Part shown: positions 39,220-46,838 of the stretch, one piece after another
Position numbering within the stretch: the stretch's first letter is position 1
Layout: every line of letters begins with the position of its first letter
NCBI GenBank assembly: GCA_944332715.1
Contig: CALVKN010000002.1
Coordinates: 1 to 63,551 of the forward strand
From: an uncultured Bacilli bacterium
GTDB taxonomy: Bacteria; Bacillota_I; Bacilli_A; RF39; UBA660
Direction of reading: 5' to 3'
DNA: 63,551 nucleotides
Made by a program: the position numbers and the translations under genes
Notes under the pieces: generated by a model
What the model was told of the DNA's origin: nothing
The model's database searches: none
Seen by the model: only the letters and a program-made list of their open reading frames with translations

Positions 39220-40305
39220 ATGAATATAGTTGATTACATAAATAATTTAAATAAAGATAAAGTTACTAAATTTATTGAATCTACTAGTTCAGATATAACC
39301 ATAAAAAGTGATATTGAAAGAAAAGTAAGTGATACATCTTGGATTGATATGGTCGAAGAATGTATCCCTTATCTAGATAATATCATAAGAAATCCAAGAA
39401 GATTTATTGTTCAAGAGGAAAATATTGTACCAATCGAAAAAGCCAAAGTCGTAACTGAAGAATCTATTAGACACTTAGCTCAAAATACTAATTTGATTCA
39501 AGAAGTACATGATGATGGTACCGTTATTCCTCTTAAACTTCTTAATGTATATCGGGAAGAAACAATTGATCTTTATGAAAATAGATTTATTAAATCTCTA
39601 GTAGATAATCTGTATATGTTCGTTCAAAATAAACTAAATGAATCGGACCAAAAATCATATGCCAAGATAAAAAATGTTGTAACTTATGAAGGCGTAAAGC
39701 ACGAAAAATATGCAGACTTCAAAATAAATGTTACTTTAGAAGGTAATTACTCTGATGAATTAGAAGCAAGCAAAGATGGACACACTCTAGAAGAACGTAT
39801 TGAACATATTAGGGATGTCATCGGAGCCTTCCGGTCTTCAACATTTATTAAAGGTCTAAAAGAAAGTAGTCCAGTACGTAGTCCAATTAGAAAGACTAAT
39901 GTAATATTAAAAGAACCTAACTTTATTAAAGCATTAGAGTTATGGGAATACTTAGAAAAAAATAATATTAAACCAGTTACATCTATTGAACATGAAAGTA
40001 CTACTAGTAAAGATAATGATATAAAAGAAAAGTATGATTTTGGTTTCTTTATATCAACTGATGCTCTAAGAAAAGAAACAAGTGATACTCCAGTATATAA
40101 TGAGGCAATCATTTCTAAATTAGTCCAAGATTTTGTTTATTCTGGGGATGTAACAGAAACTGAATTTAAAAAGTTATTAAATAAAGAATTTAAAGAAGCT
40201 AGTAAACGTAAACAAAAAGAAGAAAATAACGTCAAAAAATGCTTTAAAGACTTTTTTGCAGACTTTGAGAAAAAATCTAGAAAAGCAATTAGTTTACTTA
40301 AATAG
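39220..40305 (+). CDS. Hypothetical protein, possibly McrC/DUF2357-like N-terminal region without an obvious nuclease motif
   Basis: 361 aa. IDLYENRFIKSLVDNL and NFIKALELWEYL segments resemble DUF2357/McrC-type partners (weak, by eye). No PD-(D/E)xK motif found by eye. Confidence 0.4.
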   Translation: MNIVDYINNLNKDKVTKFIESTSSDITIKSDIERKVSDTSWIDMVEECIPYLDNIIRNPRRFIVQEENIVPIEKAKVVTEESIRHLAQNTNLIQEVHDDGTVIPLKLLNVYREETIDLYENRFIKSLVDNLYMFVQNKLNESDQKSYAKIKNVVTYEGVKHEKYADFKINVTLEGNYSDELEASKDGHTLEERIEHIRDVIGAFRSSTFIKGLKESSPVRSPIRKTNVILKEPNFIKALELWEYLEKNNIKPVTSIEHESTTSKDNDIKEKYDFGFFISTDALRKETSDTPVYNEAIISKLVQDFVYSGDVTETEFKKLLNKEFKEASKRKQKEENNVKKCFKDFFADFEKKSRKAISLLK

Positions 40306-40311
40306 TGAGGG

Positions 40312-41577
40312 ATGAATATGGCTAAGAAAAAAGAAGATAAAATCAAACAAAATACAAATAGAGAAACAATAGACTTAAAAGAGTTTATGCTTCTTGATGC
40401 CAAAAAACAAGATGAAAAAATTAAAGAAACTCTAGATTTAATATATGAAGGCAAGTTAGAAGTAACAAAAAAACATATAGAAAAAGTCTTAAATATTTGT
40501 TTTGATACCAAAGATAATGAAATCTATTTGCCAGGTAGTTTATGTGTTGAAAAAACCGGTAGTAAATTAACATTCTTCTTTAAAAAACGTAATAATGTTG
40601 GCCTTATTCTTTTATTCCTTTTAGCCTTTTTATTTGTTGCGGGCTTTGCCACTTATACTGGAGTTCAATATTTAGGAAGACTGCAAATGAATCAAGACTT
40701 AGATGGTGATGGTATAGCAGATTTAAACATTGACTTAGATGACGATGGTATCTGCGATATTAACTGTGATACTGACAAGGACGGCAAACCTGATCGAAAT
40801 ATAGATTATCATAATAATAGAAAACCAATATTTAATGTTTTAATGGATGATGATACACTTTTTAATCCTGTAAACCAAGATACTAATAATGATGGTAAAT
40901 GTGACATTAACTGTGATTCAAATGCCGATGGCTGGCCAGATTATAACATCGATTATGATGGTGATGGGGAAATTGATTTAGATAGAGACACCAATAATGA
41001 TGGCATTAAAGATTTGGATTTAGACTTTAATGGTGATGGTGTATGTGACCTTAACTGTGATGATGACAAAGATAATCTTTGTGATAGAAACTGTGCAACT
41101 ATAGATATTACTGGAAATGGTGGAGGAACTAGTCAAGAAGGTGATGGAGACTATGGATTATCTTCTGCAAACTTAATAGTAATATTTGAAAGTAGAAATA
41201 ATGTTGTAGCCGAAAATATCTATCCGGATGACCAAGAAGAGGGCGAAGGTATTAACACAACTGTTCCAGATTTAGTATTTACAGTTGAAAATACTACTAA
41301 TAGAACTCTAACTTATAATCTAGGATGGTTAATTAATAGTAATACTTTTGAAACTGATAACTTCTGGTATCGTGTTGTAAGTGATAATGGTGGACTTAAT
41401 CAATCTTGGACAACAGCACCATTTGAAACTACAGACTTTGCAACAAATGTTGAAATAGCACCAAATACTACTCAAACATACCGAATATCATTCACATTAC
41501 ATGGAACTGGTGAAGAACAAAATATCGATCAAGGAAAAGTTTTTGATGCTGAAGTAACTTTAGAATTAAATGAATAG
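40312..41577 (+). CDS. Single-pass membrane protein with thrombospondin-type-3-like Ca-binding Asp repeats and a beta-rich C-terminal domain
   Basis: About 95-aa cytoplasmic N-domain, TM (VGLILLFLLAFLFVAGFATY), then repeated DxDxDGxxDxNxD units (DLDGDGIADLNIDLDDDGICDINCDTDKDGKPDRNIDY ...), then a ~150-aa domain. Confidence 0.75.
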   Translation: MNMAKKKEDKIKQNTNRETIDLKEFMLLDAKKQDEKIKETLDLIYEGKLEVTKKHIEKVLNICFDTKDNEIYLPGSLCVEKTGSKLTFFFKKRNNVGLILLFLLAFLFVAGFATYTGVQYLGRLQMNQDLDGDGIADLNIDLDDDGICDINCDTDKDGKPDRNIDYHNNRKPIFNVLMDDDTLFNPVNQDTNNDGKCDINCDSNADGWPDYNIDYDGDGEIDLDRDTNNDGIKDLDLDFNGDGVCDLNCDDDKDNLCDRNCATIDITGNGGGTSQEGDGDYGLSSANLIVIFESRNNVVAENIYPDDQEEGEGINTTVPDLVFTVENTTNRTLTYNLGWLINSNTFETDNFWYRVVSDNGGLNQSWTTAPFETTDFATNVEIAPNTTQTYRISFTLHGTGEEQNIDQGKVFDAEVTLELNE

Positions 41578-41581
41578 GACG
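41568..41581. repeat. Left copy of direct repeat AAATGAATAGGACG flanking the IS
   Basis: Identical 14-mer at 43046-43059. Includes the stop codon of the 40312-41577 gene. Confidence 0.8.
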
Positions 41582-43045
41582 GGTTAATTGTCAAATAGTG
41601 TGTGTAGCACAAGATAATTACCATGAGAGGTAGCTTAAATAGCTACTTCTTTTTTAATGAAAAATAAACCTTTGCATATCATAATCCTAGCTTTAAATCT
41701 TCTAAAAGATCTAAAGCCAAAAGCAATTCGTTTAATGACTTTGATAAAGTTATTATTACCTTCAATAAAACCATTATTGAAATGAAATTTAAAAGAGTTT
41801 TTAATATAAGGTGAAAATTCTTTTAAAGTTTTAATTGAAGTAAGCATATAATCAGAAATATTAGTATATCTTTGATTGATGGTTTCATTAAATAAATCAA
41901 AATTATCGTTTTGAAAAGCATCAAGTAAATTTTGATAAACATTATAAGTACTTTTAAGTTCATCTGAAAGATTTAATAAATAGTTTAAAACATCAGATTC
42001 TGTAGTGAGATTAGGAAAGCAAGTAAAACGTTTCCACATAGAGTAATCGACATCATTTTTAGATTTTAAAAGTAATCTCCAATATCTTTTAAGTTTATTA
42101 TAATTGGCTTTGTCATATTTCATAAGCCTAATTCTAGTTTTATTTAAGGATCTGGAAACTAATTGGATTAAATGAAATTTATCAATTACAATAGAAGCAT
42201 TAGGAAACATCTTTTTAATTAAAGAAACATAAGGAGAATACATATCAATTGTAATAACTTTAACATTAGCTCTAGCTTTATGAGAATACCTAGAGAAATA
42301 TTTAATCAAACTATCTAATCTACGATCTTCAACAATATCAATAATCTTACCAGTTTTACCATTACATAAATGAAAACTCATGGCCCCATCCGCAGATTTA
42401 ACAGATTTAAATTCATCAAAAGATAAAATTTGAGGAAGATAAGTCTTATGAATCTTTTCTAAATCGTAGTAGGAATCCATAACTCTTTCAACAGTATTAG
42501 GAGAAACGTTATGATTAATAGCAATATCTTTCTCACTAATTTTAGAAGCCAAAGATTTAGCAATAGAATATTTAGTATTGTTAGAAATAAAACAACCATA
42601 ATTAACAATATTAGTTTTTAAAGTAAAGGCTTTATTACAATGCTTACAAAGATATCTTTGCTTATGAAGACGAAGAATTGTTTTATAACCAGATACATCT
42701 AAGACTTTAATATTAGAGGTAATAAAGCCATGCTTTTCAAATAATTCATCAAAAACAACACCACATCTAGGACAGGATTCTGGCTTGTATGAAAGATATC
42801 CTTCGAAAATCTTATGAATAATACCTTTGATTTTCTCTTCTTTGTAAAAATTTTCTTTAAAAAAGATATTATTGTCTTTTAATCCTAAGATATTTGTTAT
42901 ATAATTTAAATGGAACATGTTATCACTTCTTTCTTATATTTTGGATAATTATATTGTAACAGGAAATGGTAAACATGTTCCTTTTATTTTGTAAAAAAAC
43001 AAAAGTGTATGTAAACCACTTACACACACTAAATATTTTACAACC
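41582..43045 (-). mobile_element. ISL3-family insertion sequence
   Basis: 1464-bp element. Imperfect terminal inverted repeats GGTTAATTGTCAAATAGTGTGTGTA (41582-41606) and its partner at 43021-43045. Single transposase ORF. Flanked by a 14-bp direct repeat. Confidence 0.85.
41635..42918 (-). CDS. ISL3 family transposase
   Basis: 427 aa. N-terminal zinc finger (CPRCG...CKHC), SFDEFKS, ITIDMYSPY, VIDKFHLIQ DDE_Tnp_ISL3 landmarks. Confidence 0.92.
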   Translation of the reverse strand: MFHLNYITNILGLKDNNIFFKENFYKEEKIKGIIHKIFEGYLSYKPESCPRCGVVFDELFEKHGFITSNIKVLDVSGYKTILRLHKQRYLCKHCNKAFTLKTNIVNYGCFISNNTKYSIAKSLASKISEKDIAINHNVSPNTVERVMDSYYDLEKIHKTYLPQILSFDEFKSVKSADGAMSFHLCNGKTGKIIDIVEDRRLDSLIKYFSRYSHKARANVKVITIDMYSPYVSLIKKMFPNASIVIDKFHLIQLVSRSLNKTRIRLMKYDKANYNKLKRYWRLLLKSKNDVDYSMWKRFTCFPNLTTESDVLNYLLNLSDELKSTYNVYQNLLDAFQNDNFDLFNETINQRYTNISDYMLTSIKTLKEFSPYIKNSFKFHFNNGFIEGNNNFIKVIKRIAFGFRSFRRFKARIMICKGLFFIKKEVAI

Positions 43046-43059
43046 AAATGAATAGGACG
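43046..43059. repeat. Right copy of direct repeat AAATGAATAGGACG
   Basis: Identical to 41568-41581. Followed by the terminator hairpin aggac-gcaa-gtcct and a T-run (43054-43076). Confidence 0.8.
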
Positions 43060-43079
43060 CAAGTCCTTTTTCTTTTGGC

Positions 43080-43108
43080 TTGCAATGAGGAAAACATTTT
43101 GCTATAAT
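43080..43108 (+). promoter_or_regulatory. Consensus-like promoter of the peptide-maturation operon
   Basis: TTGCAA (43080-43085), 17-nt spacer, TATAAT (43103-43108). Confidence 0.65.
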
Positions 43109-43143
43109 ACTTAACAAGTAGTAGGTATATTGTAGAGGTTATC

Positions 43144-43257
43144 ATGAAAAAGGAAAAAAGCAAAAAGAAGGAAAATAAAATCTATATTAAAGAATTAAGG
43201 CCAGACATGACCCAATGCCGCATTATTGTTATTGATAAAAAGGAAAAAGTAAAATGA
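43144..43257 (+). CDS. Small Lys-rich ORF (37 aa), translationally coupled to the first radical SAM gene
   Basis: ATG 43144 behind AGAGG. Sequence MKKEKSKKKENKIYIKELRPDMTQCRIIVIDKKEKVK. Stop TGA overlaps the next ATG (ATGA at 43254-43257). Absent from the ORF track (under 60 aa). Confidence 0.4.
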   Translation: MKKEKSKKKENKIYIKELRPDMTQCRIIVIDKKEKVK

Positions 43258-44513
43258 AAACTTTTTTAGAGTCAACAAATGTTAATTCGTTTTATAATTT
43301 AAACACATTAACTTATCCGGTTATAGTATATTTGAAAATAACAGAATGTTGTAATTTATGCTGTAATTTTTGTTCTCAAGCATATGAGAAAAAGAATATT
43401 ATGGATATAAATTTAGCTAAAAAGATTTTGAGAGAATTGCACAATGGAGGAGTTGTATCTATTAATTATACTGGTGGAGAACCGCTCCTTTATCCTGATT
43501 TACAAGAACTTTTAAAGTATGGTTCAAGTTTAGGATTTGAACAAACATTAATTACAAATGGATTAAATATATTAAAGAATAAGAATATTTTGAAATATGT
43601 TAATTGTATTGGTATATCATTGCATGGAACTCCTGAAATACATAATCATCTTTGTAATTTGCCAAATGCCTTTGATAAAGTTAAAAGCAATATAGACAAA
43701 TTATTAAGTGATTATCCAAAAATTAAATTGAATTTAAATTGTACCTTAACAGAAGAAAATATTAACGAAGATTCCCTAAAATTTTTAAAAAATTTTGCTC
43801 AAGAAAGAAATATTAAACTATGCTTTGGCAGACTAAATTATTTAGGATTATCTTCTAACACAAAAATAATAAATCCAGATAAGTATTTAAAAATAATTGC
43901 TGAACTAAAAAAAGAGTATTTTAATATATCTATAAGTAATTGTATAGCGCATTGTACCCATCAGCAAGAATATAAGTATTTGAATCATGCTTGTGGAGCA
44001 GGCATATCAATCTTTAGCATTGAACCGAATGGCGATGTTAAAATATGCCCATCATCATCATATATTTTAGGAAATGTTTTAAATACAAAATTCAGTAAAA
44101 TAATAAAAAATAAAAAATTAGATAATTATAAGAAATTAAATTGGCTTCCTAATATATGCCGAATTTGTAAGGATTTTTCTTATTGTAAAGGGGGATGCCA
44201 CGCTGAAGGAAATTCACTATTTTATGAAAATACATGTGATACTTTAGTTATTGATAAGTTAAATAGCGTTTGGGAGAAAATAAAAAATAAAAAAATAATT
44301 TCTAAATGTAATAAATTACGTAAAGAGAAAAATAAATATTTAATAATTAAAATACCTATAAGGAAAATAGATAAATTAGGTTATAAAATTTTGCTTCAAT
44401 GTGATGGAACAAAAACAGGATCAGAAATTGCTGAAATATTTAGTAAAATAACTAATATAGAAGATTTTTTATCCACGTTATATCTTGATAACATAATAGG
44501 AGTACAAAAATGA
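43254..44513 (+). CDS. Radical SAM/SPASM peptide-maturase-type enzyme with C-terminal PqqD-like (RRE) segment
   Basis: CX3CX2C (CNLCCNFC), GGEPLL. SPASM-type Cys clusters (CGAGISIFSIEPNGDVKICP; CRICKDFSYCKGGCHAEG). C-terminal ..KILLQCDGTKTGSEIAEIF...FLSTLYLDNII resembles PqqD. Confidence 0.85.
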   Translation: MKTFLESTNVNSFYNLNTLTYPVIVYLKITECCNLCCNFCSQAYEKKNIMDINLAKKILRELHNGGVVSINYTGGEPLLYPDLQELLKYGSSLGFEQTLITNGLNILKNKNILKYVNCIGISLHGTPEIHNHLCNLPNAFDKVKSNIDKLLSDYPKIKLNLNCTLTEENINEDSLKFLKNFAQERNIKLCFGRLNYLGLSSNTKIINPDKYLKIIAELKKEYFNISISNCIAHCTHQQEYKYLNHACGAGISIFSIEPNGDVKICPSSSYILGNVLNTKFSKIIKNKKLDNYKKLNWLPNICRICKDFSYCKGGCHAEGNSLFYENTCDTLVIDKLNSVWEKIKNKKIISKCNKLRKEKNKYLIIKIPIRKIDKLGYKILLQCDGTKTGSEIAEIFSKITNIEDFLSTLYLDNIIGVQK

Positions 44514-45709
44514 AAAAAAGAGAAATTGCTAATGACAGATATATCATATATATTAACAATAAATACTATGTAGTAAATGAGTATACTTTAAAAATTATAA
44601 GTGCTTATTATGATAATAATAAAAATATAGAAAAAACCGCAAAAGGTCTAAATATAAGTGGATTTCACTTAAAAAGAATTTTAAATAAATTACAAAAAGA
44701 AATAAAGAATATTACTTATTATGAAGATAATGTAAACTTGAATTTTCCTCTTAAAATTCAATGGAAAATAACTAATAAATGCAATCTTTTATGTCTTCAT
44801 TGCTATTTGGGAGCATTGAATAATAAAGAGTTAAGCGAAGATAAATTATTTAAAATTACTGATAAAATAATTAATAGCAATGTTTTTGAAGTAACATTAA
44901 CTGGAGGAGAAGCATTATTAGTAAAATCATTACCATTAATTGTATCTAAATTGCTTAAAAATGATATCAAAGTAAATATTTTTACTAATGGTTTACTGCT
45001 ACCAGACTTTGAACGGAAGTTAGTTGATATTTTAGGGTATGCTCCAACAGAAAAATTAGACTTTTTTATTAGTTTAGATGGCTTAGAAAATAGTCATGAT
45101 AAGATTAGAGGTAAAGGTAATTTTAAAAAAACATTTAATAATATAAAGTTAATTACTCAAAAAGGATATCGTATTACTACTAATACAGTTTTAAATACAT
45201 CTAATTATTTGGATGTCCCTGATTTATATAAGTTATTATGGGAAACTGGTATTTATAAAATTCAAATATCTAATATGATTTCTTTAGGCCGAGCAACTTC
45301 TGATATGTTACTTTCTGAGAATCAACATGAAGAATTTTTAAAAAATTTTAAAAAAATATTAAGTGAGTTAGATCGAGGAGCTAAACTTCTGTATGCAGAT
45401 ATGCCCGATGAGGAATGCCAAAGTAAGGTATATTTATTATCAGGTAATAAAACAGAATATTTACAAAAAGAACATTGGAAATGTTCTGCTGGTATTGGTA
45501 AATGTACAATCGAATCAAATGGTGATGTTTATTGTTGCCCATTTATTAAAAATTACTGTTTAGGAAACATTAATGAAAAAGATATAGCACAAATTTGGGA
45601 TAATAAAAAAAGATATGAATTTTTGAAAATGATTGCTAAAGAAAATAATGATAGTAGAGTTTGTATTGCTGCTAAGTCTAATTATAAGGCGCGAAAGGAG
45701 GTGATTTAG
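44510..45709 (+). CDS. Radical SAM/SPASM-type enzyme with N-terminal RRE-like segment
   Basis: Overlaps the previous gene (ATGA). CNLLCLHCY (CX3CX2C), TGGEALL, CSAGIGKCTIESNGDVYCCPF auxiliary cluster motif. The N-terminal 70 aa look winged-helix/PqqD-like. Confidence 0.85.
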   Translation: MKKREIANDRYIIYINNKYYVVNEYTLKIISAYYDNNKNIEKTAKGLNISGFHLKRILNKLQKEIKNITYYEDNVNLNFPLKIQWKITNKCNLLCLHCYLGALNNKELSEDKLFKITDKIINSNVFEVTLTGGEALLVKSLPLIVSKLLKNDIKVNIFTNGLLLPDFERKLVDILGYAPTEKLDFFISLDGLENSHDKIRGKGNFKKTFNNIKLITQKGYRITTNTVLNTSNYLDVPDLYKLLWETGIYKIQISNMISLGRATSDMLLSENQHEEFLKNFKKILSELDRGAKLLYADMPDEECQSKVYLLSGNKTEYLQKEHWKCSAGIGKCTIESNGDVYCCPFIKNYCLGNINEKDIAQIWDNKKRYEFLKMIAKENNDSRVCIAAKSNYKARKEVI

Positions 45710-45835
45710 TTGAAAAAAATAATAAGTATCCTTAAAAGGGCTTTTGGTAAAAATAAAGTAATTGATTTATTTGAATCTAATAACGAAGCAACATTAGCTG
45801 AATTAGGTGGAAATTATTGCTCTGATTCATGCTAA
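45710..45835 (+). CDS. Candidate RiPP precursor peptide (41 aa, TTG start): leader ...ATLAELGG, core NYCSDSC
   Basis: Strong SD AAAGGAGGTGA (45694-45704) 6 nt before TTG 45710, which directly abuts the TAG of the preceding rSAM gene. Sequence MKKIISILKRAFGKNKVIDLFESNNEATLAELGGNYCSDSC*. Not in the ORF track (non-ATG start, under 60 aa). Confidence 0.65.
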   Translation: MKKIISILKRAFGKNKVIDLFESNNEATLAELGGNYCSDSC

Positions 45836-45851
45836 AAAGGAGGTAAGAAAT

Positions 45852-46838
45852 ATGGCTTCATCTTCTGTTTGGAAAGATAATACAATTTTGAGAAAATGGT
45901 TGAAAAAATATAGTTTAGATTTTTTGGATGGTAATTTTAATTATGATTTGACTGATTACTTATCTGATCCTTTACTAAATGCATTAGCCAAAAAATTAAA
46001 TATAGATAAAGAATATATTTATCTGGGAGCAGGAAGCAGTCAAATCATAACAAACATTTTAAATTTAAAAGTTTGGAATAAAATTTTTATTACTTCTCCA
46101 GAGTTTGGATTATATAATAGAAATCTAGAAAAGAACAGCATCAATCATGTCAAAATTGAATGCATAACAACTGTCGATTTTGTAAATAAATTAAGTTCTA
46201 TTAAAAGCACAGAGGAAGACCTTTTATGCTTATCATCACCTAGATGGTTTTCTGGTGAGAGGTTTTCTGATGAGCAGATTTATACCATTTTACAGGAATT
46301 TAAGGGAACTATTTTAGTTGATGAAGCCTATATTGCTTATTCTGATAATGAAAAAGGATTAATTGATTTAGCGATAAATAATGCTAGAATAATTCTTTTA
46401 AGAAGTTTTTCTAAAACATACTTTGCCTCAGGATTTAGAATTGGTTATATTATAACAACTAAAAAAATAGATGGCTTAAGAGATACTTTTATTGCTCCAC
46501 ATTCTATATCTACATGTTCAGCAAGATTTGCAACATCTTTAATTAATGATGATAAATTACAGAAAATTTTCAGTAATACAAGAAAACTAGTTAATAAAAA
46601 CCGTGATATTATTTATGATAATTTAAAAAATAATGGAAATTTTAATGTAATAAAATCAGAAGCAAATTTTATTACATTAATTTTTCAAAAACGTCAGGAA
46701 TTTAGCAAGTGTTATGAGTTACTTAAAGATCTACCGGGTATTCAAAAATTTGATAATAATATAACATTTATAAAAATTTGGATAAGCAATAAAGAATTTT
46801 CTTTAAAGATACTAAAAAGATTGGAACAGTTAAAATGA
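45852..46838 (+). CDS. Class I/II PLP-dependent aminotransferase (HisC-like)
   Basis: ATG 45852 behind AAGGAGG (the track GTG start overlaps the precursor). VDEAY, PLP-lysine motif SFSKTYFASGFRIGY. Confidence 0.85.
   Translation: MASSSVWKDNTILRKWLKKYSLDFLDGNFNYDLTDYLSDPLLNALAKKLNIDKEYIYLGAGSSQIITNILNLKVWNKIFITSPEFGLYNRNLEKNSINHVKIECITTVDFVNKLSSIKSTEEDLLCLSSPRWFSGERFSDEQIYTILQEFKGTILVDEAYIAYSDNEKGLIDLAINNARIILLRSFSKTYFASGFRIGYIITTKKIDGLRDTFIAPHSISTCSARFATSLINDDKLQKIFSNTRKLVNKNRDIIYDNLKNNGNFNVIKSEANFITLIFQKRQEFSKCYELLKDLPGIQKFDNNITFIKIWISNKEFSLKILKRLEQLK

Noticed and set aside
42923-43117. 64-aa minus-strand ORF spanning the IS end and the RiPP promoter
   Set aside because: Crosses the IS inverted repeat, the direct repeat and a terminator/promoter. 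No RBS. Most likely fortuitous.
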